DNA of 64,000 nucleotides from Eledone cirrhosa (Eukaryota): positions 77,066,001 to 77,130,000 of the forward strand of contig OZ024742.1 of assembly GCA_964016885.1 (NCBI GenBank), read 5' to 3'. Within the stretch, counting starts at the first letter, position 1, and each line of letters opens with the position of its first letter. Below are positions 24,160 to 41,109 of the stretch, one piece after another. Under the pieces are notes generated by a model that was not told the origin of the DNA, did no database searches, and saw nothing but the letters and a program-made list of their open reading frames with translations. Made by a program: the position numbers and the translations under genes.

Positions 24160-26527
24160 ATACATTAAATTAAATAAACGTATAAATAAATAAATACGTA
24201 TATAACGCGCGCGCACACATACCTACCTGTAAATACACATATGTTCGGAGACTACGTCAGCCAAAACACAAAGTACACATATACACACACCCTACATACG
24301 TACGAACCCGCATACTCACACAGACGGAAAACTCGCATATACACATAACCAAATGCATATGTACCAGAATATATAATATATACGCCATAAAATATACAAT
24401 CAAATATAAGTACGAGAAAGTATACGTACCTTCACAAAACATACAGGTAATATATACTTACCTATACAAATAAGTAATGGTATAAACATAACATATACTT
24501 AACTACCACATCAAGACGGAAAATATCCTCGTATAGATCGTACTATCCGTTAGGGTATAATCTGGTGCTGTAATACAGGAAAGTTTTGTGCAATTTATGT
24601 TTACAAGCCGAAATTGTCTCAGATTTTTTGTTTAAGATGTGGTCTTTGGCGTAGAATATTTACAGGGCCTCAGCGTCGCAGAGGTCACACGGTCTTTTAT
24701 TTCCGTTATACGATCTAGCCATAGCTAGGATCTCCCAGTGTAACTTATATTGGGTGTGGTTGTCTTTTAAACTCCAGATGTAAGCTGAAAGTGACGTCAT
24801 ATTCCTTCTTAAAGGATTAAGAATGGGTATTCATATAAAGACGCTGCTTGAATCTATTGGCGTTTAACACTATGTAGGCCCTACGGGACGTGGGTGTTTC
24901 AACCTTACATTTGTAGACAATGTTACTAGAGAGGCATTTCCCGGATAGGGGGAAGTCAACCCGATTCCTACAATTACAGTTAGTACTAGCTACAGGGTTG
25001 CACGCGTTCCTACGGCTAGGCACTTTAGCTAAATTTGAAGCTGTGATGTTATGTGCAAGGTTAGGTGTCGTAGAGTAAGAAATGTTAATGGTATTTCTAT
25101 TAAACATTTTACTATATTTATGTGTTGGGGAAAATGCTTGTTAATAAGGAACAGAAGGCTCTTAGCTAATTGTGTGGTCACCTCCATATTATATGGTGGG
25201 TTATACCATATAATGCGGCGGGATCTATTTTTTCTAAGTCTATTCTCGTACTCTGTATATGCTACCTTATCGACAAATCCACTCCGAGCAAGAGCTCCAT
25301 TGTAATATGTGGAATGGTCGTTGAAAATATGCTCGTTAGTAGATAGACGGGAAAGGCTCAAAGAAACGTTTCTTACCAGGTTCTTGGTTATGCTGGCAGG
25401 ATGGTTAGAATGCTTAATTATGTAATTAAACGTATCATTCGGCTTTCTATACGGGTAGTGTAAGCCATTCGGCAAATTGAGGGTAACGTCGAGGTAATTA
25501 ACGACCGACAGGTTGGCCTCAACCTGTGTGGAGAGGTTGAAGCCTTTACAGAAGGCTGCGAGTTCTTTTCTGAACCTGTCGCAAGCACGTGGGCCGCACT
25601 TTGTCATGGTCGAAAGACCATCATCAAGGTACAAACCACCGCCCACGTTTGGGAATTCATCCTTGATAGAGAAAATAAGGAAAAGGCCGATAAGATCAGT
25701 AACCTCCGCGGAATCGCTGGCGCCTATACTCACGTCAAATGGGGTAATGCATTTCGTTATGTGTATACGCGAGTTTTGCTTCTGTATGAGTATGCGGGTT
25801 CGTACGTATGTAGGGTGTGTGTATATGTGTACTTTGTGTTTTTGTTGACGTACGTCTCCGAACATATGTGTATTTACATGTAGGTATGTGTGCGCGCGCA
25901 TTATATTCGTATTTATTTATTTAAGCGTTTATTTAATTATATGTATACACGCACAGACACACGCATATATATATATATATAATTTTATATACCTTTTTAT
26001 GTGTATTTGGTGTATACATTCGTACTTGTGCGTGTACAGGCGTTGCGTGGGTTCTGCATGTGCTTGCGGGGTTTTTTTGTGTATGTGTTTGTATTTGTAT
26101 AACTATGGCGAGTGTTTTCGCGTATGCTTGTGTATGTTCGTATATTGATGCGTGTATGTATTTATTTAATTTCAATTACCTCTGTATTTTATTTACTTTA
26201 TTCTTTACTCTGAAACCGAGAATCGCTCGGTTTCCTAGTTATAATTTTAGTCTACGACTTCAGTTATACCATTTACGTGGTTTTGTATTTGCGTGCAATT
26301 GTTCTGTACGATCCACATAATGACGTATTATCTTCGTTTTTTCCGTTCATTGCCAGAGCACATCTCCATGAACCAATGTATCGTCTTCCTGTCTTTCTCC
26401 GGTTGCAACATTTTTTGAAATATTTACTTCTGCGTTCACAGATTGACTTTTTTAGTTTCAGAAGAATCCGTTAAGGGTGAAAGCAGCGGTTATTTGCTTA
26501 AACTTTAATCTGTTATTTTAATAAATA
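23306..26527 (-). mobile_element. Penelope-like element (lineage B), 5'-truncated, with long inverted 3'-UTR copy
   Basis: RT/EN 24600-25746 (FDVSIGASDSAEVTDL, GLYLDDGL, YLDVTLNL, SNHP, WYNPPY, CNCRNR…PLSGKCL..NIVYKC). 25746-26527 is the reverse complement of 23393-24358. Confidence 0.9.
26454..26504 (+). ncRNA. Hammerhead-like motif with CAGAAGA core (U4A variant)
   Basis: AGTTT-CAGAAGA-ATCCGTTAAGGGT-GAAA-GCA…TGC-TT-AAACT. The same core occurs at 23416-23466 (-) and 32970-33020 (+). Confidence 0.55.
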
Positions 26528-28601
26528 TATATATACATATATATATATAATTATGTGAAGCTTATTGAATAGCATGGATACACCTTCGTTCGTTTCCTCA
26601 CTCACTCAGTAATATGATTAAGTCCATATTAGTAAAACTCGAACACAACTGATTAGAGTGTTCAAATACGTTAATCAGTGAGAAAGACGATGTCATGTGG
26701 ATGGGAATTTTGAGATTGTCGGACAGATGCACCAGTTTCTACGATTCCTACCTGGTGGTTATGGTCCGACCATGTGCAGAAATTAGGTAATGTTAGGCGA
26801 ACTCCTGCTGGCAGCGCGGTTCCTGCTAATATAAATATACACACTCCTTTTATCTGCTTTTTACATCTTCTTTTAAAACCACACCTGCAGTGTTTAAGCA
26901 TGAGTAATATAATGAATCGTTTTAGCGAAACATAGGATAATAAACCATTTATATATTTCTATTAATATGTGTATGTTGGAAACAAATACTTCAAATGATA
27001 AGTGTCGAATGACCATGTACATTCTAGCATAAAATATGTTTAAATTCCGGATACAGTTTGGTTACTGTATGAAATTCTATGTAATTATCGTTTGCATGTT
27101 TAAGGGAGATATAACTGCACCGGTGAAAGAATTAGTAAAAACCGTTAATCTAAATTGAATGTTCTCTCATTCCCAAATATTAACTAATAATATATCATCT
27201 AGTGAATGCCAGATATATCCGTGTATGTGTATTGGGAGTGAGTCTTCATTGTGCAGGAAGTCGAATTTTGGATAGTCACGTTATTGCAGATGTGGATATA
27301 AACGCGTATAATATACAGCTGCAGCGCATCCATTACAAATGTACAAGTGTTAGAATGGTATCCTTACAGGTATACGTGTCAATTCACCTCAACTGTTCGT
27401 ATCAGATTAACATAATTTAATAAAATCTGGACTTCTGCACGGTCATCCAAATCCTTGTTGTTATATACATTTCAATTGTTTTACACATTGGTTATTTACA
27501 TGACAAATATTACGGAAACTTATTCATGATTGAATCAGTTATTGAATAATAGCAATGAATACAGTATTGAAAGATATATATGTCAAAGTGCACACTTAGT
27601 GATTTAGACACATATTTCTCTAATCACATATATATTCGCCTAACATATAAAAAACGGAAACAATACACTTTGGCTAAATTGATCATTTCCCTAAATGAGA
27701 AATGGTCATGTCTGGAATGAGTTGGTCTTAAATCTTCCAGGGCGATTCAAACGGCAGCGTTAAACACATAAAAAGAAATATGCTATAGAGTCTGCATCCG
27801 ATCAACTATCCCGGCTAATGTCAAGATGATGATAGAATTTAGGTATATTGAAAGGAAAGTATAACTGCCCAAAAGGCAAAGAAAAGGTATACAAGTGTAC
27901 ATCACCTAGGTTTTGTAGGTGGTTACTAGAGAATATTTACTTTGCTATATCTACATCACTTCTCGTATATATGCTAATGATAAACAGTCTGAAAGATGAG
28001 GGAGATATATCTAGCCAAGATAGTTTTTTAAGATATTTAAGTTTTAGTACATGCTTGTGTGCAGCAATGCAATAATTGTATAACTGATTGTATCATATTG
28101 TTATGGATATATTGAACTTATATCTGCTTATTAATATGTCTTTATATCTCATATACAATATGAAAATTTGTCTCTTATCCAGTTATCTGCACTTTCTTTA
28201 AACTTATTTTTCTCTCAACGTCGAATCAAGATAACACTGTTATTTGTGGTGTAACAATCTAAATATTCTCTTTTCCTAGTTTGGCTATATTCCACAAACA
28301 GAATAATATTCATCAAATCTCAATCCGATAGATTGTTGTAATTAAAGTAACGTCATTATATGTCAAATTGTGCAAATGCACATCGATAGATATAGAAATC
28401 CTATCGTTATATCGCCAGTAGATATTTTCTATTTAAACACATGTTATTGTTGCCAGAATTTCGGAAATGGATGTCTTCCAAGAATCTGGAATAGTCACTG
28501 CAAAGTTACTTATGCTCACAGTTTTAAATAGAAATAAATGCGAGTTTGTGAATGACTACCGAAAAGCACTTGCACACACAAATACACATGCACGCACGCA
28601 C

Positions 28602-29306
<705 letters not shown>

Positions 29307-30626
29307 AGAGAGAGAAAGAAAGAGAGAACCAGAGTGAGAGTGAGTTAGATAGATAGATAAATAGTTACGCATGAACGTATGTATATATGTATATAAGTAT
29401 ATATGTCTATGTATATAGGTGGTGAGATGTCACTGATGATAAACTGACAATAGAATGTTTTCCGATATTCTACATGTGTTCAAAAGTTCAATTTTGCTAT
29501 TTATTCTGTCGATTTATTTAAGTATATTAAACATATATCAATCTCGATGCGATTTTTTAAAACTGAGAACACTTCACAGCTCTATTATTACCCAAGTGAT
29601 GATCGCAGTGGAATATGTTCATGATTTATTTATCCGCTGGCGATCATGGTTAAAACTACCCTATACCTTATAAAATGTGTGTGTATGAAACATCTGAGGG
29701 AGATGCTCATTTGCGTATAGAGCCTGTTTCATTAGCTAGAATTTATTATCGGTAGCCCTAACATACCTTGATTCGAAACACAGACTAACATTGGACGTCT
29801 TGGAACCAAAACCGAACGGTAGACCTCTCGATGCGGTAATTGTAGGAACCTTGTCTGAGATAAAGAAAGTCCGACAACGAGAGTGTGCCATGAAATTTGA
29901 GAGAAACCCGAATTATTTCGCACTAGTTATGAGTCTATTCCTATCTATTCCACTGTATTCTTCTTAAAATACAATCTATGTGTCGACATGTTGCTATCTA
30001 TGTATAAGTGTTGCCATATGGATTAATATATTCATTTAATGTGACCGTAGCAGAAGGGCTTTGGAGCTTTAAAAGGACAAGGTATGAGGTACGCATTCCC
30101 GATTGCAAATAGATAGCTATTATGTGTCGCCAGCATGGACATCAAATTAGTAGCTAGACCTGATTGAGAATGCTGGTGTAACTCTATTAAAATACACATT
30201 ACGGCATTTCGTATATGTGCCGACGAAAGATATATGAATATGTGTTAAAAATAGCAGCCAAATTATATTTCAAATCGCACTTCACACATAAGCATGATAA
30301 TGGAATTCTTGCGTACATCTTAGTATTAGGTTCTTCTACGCCGTTCGGCGTATCGATCAGTAAGTTGTTGCCGACGGTCACGAGCAGTCGTAGCTTTTTC
30401 GCGTCCATGCCAAGTGGTGTTGGCTGCCACCAGGTCTTTTCGGAATATTCATCGCCGGTTGATCTTGGTGCAACCCAGCCTCCATCTTGCGTACATACAG
30501 CAATAATAATAATATATGTGAATACCTGTGCGTATGTACCCATGGCTATCGGGCTTCAGCAAATATGAGTATTGTACTGATTCAGTTTGTATATAATGTA
30601 TAATATACAATAAACTATATAATTGA

Positions 30627-32605
<1,979 letters not shown>

Positions 32606-32625
32606 GTATATATACATATATGCCC

Positions 32626-32939
<314 letters not shown>

Positions 32940-32940
32940 C

Positions 32941-33141
<201 letters not shown>

Positions 33142-33421
33142 TATACATATATATATATATACATATATATATACATATGTTTGCGTGTAGGGATATATAT
33201 TTCTTATTATTATCCTCCTCTTGGTCGAGAAAAAATTTGGTCGTTTTGACTGCTGCTATTTATAGTGGTAGTAAACTGACCTCCCTGCCTATGCTTCTAT
33301 ATTTACACACGGCACTGGACATAATTGCTTCCACATCATTCATTCTTATCTCGGGAACAATTTTGAATAGCGCCAGTTCGTAATTTGAACTCGGAAATTT
33401 TATATTCTCCGAGTGAAAAGA

Positions 33422-33508
33422 ACCTTCTGACGAGAATTCATCTTTTCAATGGAAGGCCGCAAGCACTGTCCATTTATTTTTGAGACTCGAATCCGATTCG
33501 GTAAAGGT
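33422..33508 (+). ncRNA. Degenerate type I hammerhead motif with long stem II
   Basis: ACCTT-CTGACGA-GA…TGAGACTC-GAAT-CCGATTCGG-TA-AAGGT (GAAA mutated to GAAT). It lies in a 33195-33578 segment between (TA)n arrays. Confidence 0.6.
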
Positions 33509-33584
33509 AACCATAGTGAGAACAGTGAATTTTTTGAAATTCATTTTGAAACTTTTTTTTATTTGCTAAACCTTAATATATATA

Positions 33585-33644
<60 letters not shown>

Positions 33645-33984
33645 AAATACATTGTTTAATCATTTTCTATATATAGTAGCTAGGAATTATTCGGCAATTC
33701 TAAAAAGAATATTTGTCCCCTGTTTTCTTCATAGCAAGAATATTATTTCTTCCTGCGTAGAATTTGTTCTTCCCGCTCCACATACTGACTTAATTCTCCT
33801 TGCATATATTCCGCTCATCTCATGAGAATGTCCTCACGTACTATTGTACTACCTTCTTGTTTTCTAAAGGTTATCAGTTTTTTTAAATAACTTCTTCTGC
33901 GTCCATAGATTGACTTTCTCTATTTCACATTATTCTGCTTAGGGTGAAATCAGAAATTCATTGCTTAACATTTAATCTTTACTA

Positions 33985-34177
33985 ATAATTGTTTCTTCTT
34001 TGGGCACAATGTCAGAAATTATCCAACTGCATTACTGGTACTTTATTTTGCCGACCACATAGGGATGAAAGGCAAAGTTGACATTGGCGGGATTTGAATT
34101 CAGAAAGTAAAGGGCCTTAACTCTATGCTTCAAATCATGGCGTCCCACCCTGTACCGATACTTCGAATCCACCGCCT
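33985..34177 (-). mobile_element. tRNA-derived SINE copy
   Basis: Reverse complement of the 35407-35597 family (GGCGGTGGATT… GAATTCAAATCCCGCC… GCCTTTCATCC…). Confidence 0.8.
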
Positions 34178-34327
34178 TTTCTTAAACTGTACTAATAATA
34201 TCATTATATAAGAAGCACAATGTTCAAAATAAAGATTATCTTATCAGGCGATGCCAACGTTTTAGATCCTGTATTAAAGCTGTCATCGATGTTATCAGTG
34301 GGTTCAGTGAGTAGATGTGTCAATAAC

Positions 34328-34602
34328 AGTCTAAGTCCTTCTTAAGCCGTTTACAGCTCATTAAGCAACTGCTTATCCCGGTTTCATGGCGTGAAGCGAC
34401 TGAGAATACAAGATTCCCGCCTGGACAGGATGCAAGTCCATCGCAGCTCTTGCTTGTACACATTTTCAACTTAATATAATGGAGCAATGTGAAATGAAAT
34501 GGTTTCCTTAATAACACAACATGAAACCCAACCCAGGAATCGAACCCATGACATTATGATCCTAAGTCCAACACCTTTACCCCTTTACCACGTGCCTCCA
34601 CA
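34328..34602 (-). mobile_element. Second tRNA-derived SINE with V-domain-like core
   Basis: The minus strand has A-box-like TGGTAAAGGGG, B-box GGTTCGATTCC, then CTGCGATGGACTTGCATCCTGTCCAGG…GAAACCGGGATAAGC. Confidence 0.65.
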
Positions 34603-35406
34603 AGAAGAGGCTCAAAATTATTCATGTAAATTATATCTGAAATTAATCTTTTCTTTCATGGCTTATCCGTGTTAGTAAACCCAAGCAAATGGCCTCAAAG
34701 ATTGAGCAGCCATGCATACAACTTTCAATGAAGTTTTTGTAGGTTTCTGAATTTAAATATCCATGAAGGCAAGCCTTATGTCACAACTAATGGGAACATC
34801 ATGTTGCAGTAAACGCTTCAAATCAATATATAACACATGCGAAACCCAAGCATATTTGTATTCCATATACAAAGAAATATATTCATATAGTTTTAGACAG
34901 ACGACGTACGTTGGTTCTATTATTCAGAATATAGAATATGTGATGAAAGATGATTGCAAATCTGCATCTTTGGAGATTCAAAGCGTATTCACTAGACAAC
35001 CCGATTAAAATTCCAGTTGTTTGAATATTTCATGTCATTTTTTTGGTAATTTTCATGTAATCCATGTTATATTCATGTTTTCTATTGCACCTATGTTTTA
35101 TAAGTATTTTTCATTTACAAAATATGCTGTTACGGTTGTGGTAACTAATGGAAAATAGCACGTTATTCCACAACAGATTTCTAAATCTGAAAAAGCTGTT
35201 TATAATTATCAGATAATTCGCTCAGTTACTGATAATTTCTCGAAAAGCGTCTCATATAATAACACCAACCACAAACGCATGAATCCGCCATATTATATTT
35301 TATTCAATAGGGAAAAACAATCAACAAAATTACATATCGAAATAAAAGAAAATTAAAAACAACTTGTCCTCCTCACCTAAGACTATGATACATTATACAA
35401 ATTACA

Positions 35407-35597
35407 GGCGGTGGATTGGCAGTATCGGTAGAAGGTCGGATGCCATGCTTTGCAGCATAGAGTTACGGAAGTTTATGATCTGAGATCAAATCCCGCCGAG
35501 GTTAACTTTGCCTTTCATCCTTACGGGGTCGATAAAATAAAGTACCAGTAATTTACTGGATAATTGCTGGCCATGTGCCAAAAGTAGAAACAATTAT
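35407..35597 (+). mobile_element. tRNA-derived SINE (Meta-domain-like core), best-preserved copy
   Basis: A-box TGGCAGTATCGG, B-box-like GATCAAATCC, core GCCTTTCATCCTTACGGGGTCGATAAAATAAAGTACCAGT. Confidence 0.8.
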
Positions 35598-35871
35598 ACA
35601 AATTACAGATTATCGTTGGGAAATTGTCCCATCCGAATACTAACATTATTAAGACAATACCATAAATTGAGCTTGAGCTTATATCACACGACTCAAGTAA
35701 GTATTCTTAATTTTGTTGGTACCATAATGTTAAAAAACGGAAATGTAGTGAACGATATGCATTACAAATCATTCAACGCAGTGCACCAGTATCGCAGCTG
35801 CCAGGTATCTGAAGCTAGTAAAAGAATAAAAATATACATACGCATATATATATGTATATATATATATATCT

Positions 35872-36269
35872 TCGAAAGTATTTTAATTAAACATACAATG
35901 TATTGCAAAATACACTATATATACATTCATATATATATCGCTATTTCAGAGCACCAATTCTAATTTTCAATTTCTGCTTGACCGGCAACCGCTCTGTATA
36001 ATCAGTTCCTGATTATTACTAGAATTCTATAAGAATCAAACATTCATGATATTCAGCAAACAGGCGGAGTACTTAGCTTTGATAAGAACCAACAAGTGCG
36101 AAACAGAGCTCTGTCAGCTTTATCTCCCCTGTTTGCTGAAAATTAAAGTAAGTGAGACTGTCATTACTCTAAAACAATAGCGTAAGTTTTAAATAAGCAT
36201 ACAGGGTATTGCAAAATACATTACATATACATTCATATATATATATCGCTATCTATTTCAGAGCACCAA

Positions 36270-36276
<7 letters not shown>
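35872..36276 (+). mobile_element. ~310-bp retrozyme-like unit with terminal direct repeat, in (TA)n
   Basis: 35881-35964 is repeated at 36187-36276. It contains an HHR at 36075-36119. Same family as 44885-45517. Confidence 0.8.
36075..36119 (+). ncRNA. Type I hammerhead ribozyme motif, U3-A8 core variant
   Basis: AGCT-TTGATAA-GAACCAACAAGTGC-GAAA-CAGAGCTCTG-TC-AGCT, enclosed by a longer stem 36052-36140 (TTCAGCAAACAGG/CCTGTTTGCTGAA). Confidence 0.75.
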
Positions 36277-36331
<55 letters not shown>

Positions 36332-36333
<2 letters not shown>

Positions 36334-39300
36334 GAGGTTATATTTAATTTGTTGGGATACAACAAGCTTAAAAATATTTTTATAACTGATATAACGCACT
36401 CAACAAATTATTGGAGTAAATATACAATATATTAACAAATGGAAACTATATTTATAAAACCATATTTATTTCATTATACATATTTCAAGAGCCATCAAGG
36501 CAGATTATGGTTCGCTTTCATCAAATAAAACACAATGCAGATTAGTTTTATAAATAAATTTTGACATACCCTGAAAAAAGACAACCTTAACGGTTGGAGC
36601 TTCCTGGATAGTGGAGATATTATATTTATTGAGGGTGATATAATGTTACGATTGAGTGTGCAAATGAGTGCCCGAAAGGTTTAAATAAAGTATATTTAAA
36701 TTAAACCGTTGGAAGAGAAAAAAAAAAGAAGAACTGTTTATATATATGTTTTCCAGTGGAAAGAGTATAGCGTGATTATGTTTAAGTGAGAGTAAATATT
36801 AGTTATAAGGACAAATATAGCGTAAGTGTGTTTACGTGAGAGGAAAGAAGAAGAAGCGAAAAAACGAATACAACGTGGATGAATAATAAAGCAGGATTCA
36901 TTATAATGATAGGCTGAAAAAATTGTTATCAAAGGTTTAATTGATAAATTTGATTAAATGTTTAATGAATAATTTAATAATTTAATAATTAGTTTAAATG
37001 TGTGTTAGATTATTAAAAAAATAAAAAAAATAAAAAAAATAAAAAAATATTAAAAAATATTAAAACCTATTATATATTATTACAAAATATATATTAAAAA
37101 ATATACATATTATTATAAAATATATATATTATTATTAATTATTAATTATTAAAAGATTCTAAGTTAAAAATTTAAGATATCCAAATAATTCTAAATTTAT
37201 GGAAATTCAGAGAGTTTACAGAAGAATAACCCCTTATGTGTATTATAATAGCAGTAAAGCGTAAAGGAAGTTATTAGTGATTTATTAATAACTCTAAGGA
37301 TTAAATGCTATAAGGTTAAGAAGTTAAAAAGTTAAATTTTCTATCTTAAGAATGTAATTAGAACATGAATCTTATGTTATTTTATACGAAGTCATAAATT
37401 TATAAATTCATAAATTTACTTGTTATAAAGTTACAAAAGTTAAAACATAAATTTACTTGTTATAAAGTCATAACATATAAAAATTATAACATTTAAAAAA
37501 TGTTCACAAAAATATATTTAAAGCATAAAAGAACATTTTCATAAGAATATATTTATAAAATATATTTAAAGCATAAATTCTAGGTTATACCACGCATACA
37601 TAAAAGAAACACTATGTTTATCATATATATATAAATATTTGGATATATATATATATTTTAAACATTTGGATATATATATATTAAACATTTGAAAAATATA
37701 AGAATATAAAAATATAAAAATATAAAATATAAAATATAAAATATAATTTTTCTATACTCTTCAAAGGAATTTTCAAAAAATGTTTCTTAACCCCTTCAGG
37801 AAGTTTATCAAGAAAAAATTTTTCAAGAAATAATCTTCTTTAAGGGAGTTCTAAGCAGTCATATAAAGGAATTTAATGATTTATCGATAGGTGTAATAAT
37901 AATATATGTGAAGTAGAGATAATGGACAATAAGTTATAGAGGACATTATATTATATTTTATATATATATTTAAAAGTTGAATTCAACCGATGTTTGCAAG
38001 AACTGAATAAGTATTCCTTAAATTAACAGAATTCTTACTTTTTAATATAAAGAATATTTCTTCTATACAAAGAGCGCAATTTTCGGATAAAGCATTGAAT
38101 GAAGGAGCTTTGGAAATAATATTCCAAAGTAAAGAATAGTTAATGTTCTTTGATTTTAGGTCCCATAGTAAATTAGATAGAGAATTTGAAGTTTTTTTTA
38201 CTAATATTCGTAAAAAAGCATTTGTGGTTATTAAAACGGGACTTTACATTTGTTTTTACATTACAATTGTATACTATGTTTTTAACTAAACAGTTATTAT
38301 TTAGAGGACAGTTAGATTTATTTCTACAGTTACATTTATCTAAATTTAAGTTACTAGGAGCCGTACTATTATATTGGATATTGCTAGGGGTATTAATGGT
38401 ATTCTGGTTAGGTTTTAAGTTTCTATTATTAATTCTATTAATACTCTGAGCTAGATTCATAGTGGTGGAATATGATAATTTGATGTATGTCTATCAAATA
38501 TTTAGTAATATATATGTGTTCTAGGAAAACATTTATCTAGAGCTTTAAAGAATAATTTAGCAATAGGAGTTTTAATACTTAATGATAAAGGGGTAGCGAA
38601 CCATAATATATTTCTAGTTCTATTTCGCCTTTTGGTTTTCGATTTATTGTAAGGTTTTCTATTATAGTCTTTATAGTTATGGTTAGTTGGCACATCGTTA
38701 TTATTAATGTATTTAATTGTATTACTATACCCTACTCTACTTAACGCGTCGTTCTAATATTGTGTTTTATCTTCAAAAATATTCTTATTAGCTAAAATTC
38801 TAAAAATACGTTGCTGCACAGAATTTACTATAGTGTTTTAAACATTTCATCAAATGTATCAATTAAACCTTTAATAAAAATTGTTTCAAATTATCATTAT
38901 AATGAATCCTGCTGTATTATTCATTCACATTGTATTCGTTTCTTCGCTTCTTCTTCTTTCCTCTCACATAAACACACTTACGTTATATTTGTCCTTATAA
39001 CTAATATTTACTCTCACTTAAATATAATAACGCTATACTCTTTCCACTGGCGAAAAATATATATAAACAGTTCTTCTTTTTCTCTTTCTTTCTTTTTTTT
39101 TCTCTCTTCCAACGGTTTAATTTAAATATACTTTATTTAAACCTTTCGGACACTAATTTGCATACTCAATCGTAACCTTATATCACCCTCAATAAATATA
39201 ATATATCCACTATCCAGGAAGCTCCAACCGTTAAGGTTGTCTTTTGTTCAGGGTATGTCAATATTTATTTATAAAATTAATCTGTATTCTATTTTATCTG

Positions 39301-39390
39301 ATGAAAGCGCACCATAATCTGCCTTGGTCGCCCTTGAAATATGTATAATAAAAAAAATATGGTTTTATAAATATAGTTTCCATTTGTTAA
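36332..39390 (-). mobile_element. Very AT-rich PLE lineage B remnant with inverted pseudo-LTR
   Basis: 38502-38693 (NILWFATPLSLSIKT) and 38173-38460 (CNCRNKSNCPLNNNCLVKNIVYNC). 38840-39390 is the reverse complement of 36430-36965. Confidence 0.85.
39292..39353 (+). ncRNA. Type I hammerhead motif in PLE pseudo-LTR
   Basis: TTTTAT-CTGATGA-AAG…CTT-GAAA-TATGTA-TA-ATAAAA. The mirror copy near 36468-36530 (-) has C3U. Confidence 0.7.
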
Positions 39391-39435
39391 TATATATATA
39401 TGTGAGAAAAACCACAGACCCTCCATCTCAACTCA

Positions 39436-39473
39436 CCTTTTGAAAAGCAGAAGCACTGCGAAACCGGTAAAGG
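39436..39473 (+). ncRNA. 38-nt minimal type I hammerhead, U3-A8 core variant
   Basis: CCTT-TTGAAAA-GCAG AAGCA CTGC-GAAA-CCGG-TA-AAGG, within the repeat 39401-39612. Confidence 0.75.
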
Positions 39474-39605
39474 AACCAAATAAATATATATATTTTTTTA
39501 AAAAAGAAGACTTCAGTTGCATTTTCGATTTCATCTCTTTTTCTTTATACTTCCACTCGTGTAGGACACCTCGGTTATTTTTCATTTCGTAAAAAAAAAC
39601 CTCAC

Positions 39606-39668
<63 letters not shown>

Positions 39669-39678
39669 CATATTCATC

Positions 39679-39766
<88 letters not shown>

Positions 39767-39965
39767 AGTGTGTGAAATAGTGACAGTGGCCGTGTGATCG
39801 AGTAACGGTTTGCGTTTGAACACATTCTTGCCTAGTCATATGTTCTGCGTTAACATACGTATGTACCACACTATAATTTAAAAGTTGTGTTGTTTTTCTT
39901 ATATTATTTTCATTATATGTAAATAATATTTGTTCCATGATACTTTTCCATTTAAGTATTTAAGT

Positions 39966-40160
39966 ACTTAAATGGAACCCACAGGGAATCAGACGGAGAG
40001 GGCTACCCAAAATGAACTGGTGGCAGACAGTTGAGAGGGACCTGCGAGCGACATACAGACAATGGCGGGACGCTGTGCAACTGGCTGCTGACCGAACGCG
40101 GTGGAACACTATGACTGCCTCATGCGTCGCAAGACGCGGGAGCTTCTGAGTCTGAGTCTG
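39966..40160 (+). mobile_element. RTE-clade LINE 3' end
   Basis: KWNPQGIRRRGLPKMNWWQTVERDL…WRDAVQLAADRTRW followed by a (CTGAGT)n tail. Confidence 0.75.
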
Positions 40161-40893
40161 ATACTTTTCCACTTTCCAGAAAATATCTAATAGTAATCTA
40201 ATCATTTCCGGAAATGTAATTTTGTAATATATTCTTGGTTTATTGAATTTAGAGTGTTCGGAATCATTTGCTTAATTCACCGTTTTTTTTTTCTCGTAGA
40301 GTATAAACACTTTAATGACTTCTTTAGTGAATCATTTGACTTGCTTTTAAAATCGATATATATATTTATTTCAATGACCTCTCCTCCACTTGGAAATATC
40401 TTTACAAATATATTTTACATTTTTTTCTCTAAAGAATATTGTCCTTGTTATTTAGTCATACGAAAGTTCTAATATATATTGTCAATTAAATAAAGTTATT
40501 TCTAACAATTAATGCATTGTATATTTTAAAATAAATATACGAAAATGTTATATTATATATAGTTTCAACTAGCTGAACCTATTTCTGTAGAAAAGTACTG
40601 AAATTCGCTCTCAAATATAAATGTCTAGTCACGAGAAAATTTATTTCACTTACAATACAAAAAAATCAGAAATAAATTAACTAAAAAAGTAAACATCCTA
40701 TATTCCATTGGTTTTATTTTATGAATATGCCTTAATTTTTCTTTCAAATACATACGTAAATGTTGTGTATTTGATAGAAAGCTTCACCAATCACTAAATT
40801 GGTTGTAAATGTTCAAAGATACTTATAAGAAAAACGCCTTGTTATAGAACAATTTAACCCAATAGTTCGCGTACAGAAATATTAAGGATTGAA

Positions 40894-40940
<47 letters not shown>

Positions 40941-41109
40941 CATCTCATTAAAAAGGAACAGAAGGCAGGACTGAAATCATTTTTCTATGTTTTAATTTTG
41001 TACTGTACGTATTTCAATGGCCAAGTTTCACCATTCCATCATGATGGAATACTTACGTGATTTTATCATGTATGGATTGCAAAATTAGACATTTAAAATC
41101 ACAGGTTTC

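Noticed and set aside
26750-26825. Isolated exon-like segment on the minus strand (…TAGCAG|…CAG|GTAGG)
   Set aside because: A single short segment with no homology cue or linked exon.
41000-41050. Possible HHR remnant on the minus strand (AATGG/CCATT-GAAA-TACGTA)
   Set aside because: The core, cleavage triplet and stem I are too degenerate to call.
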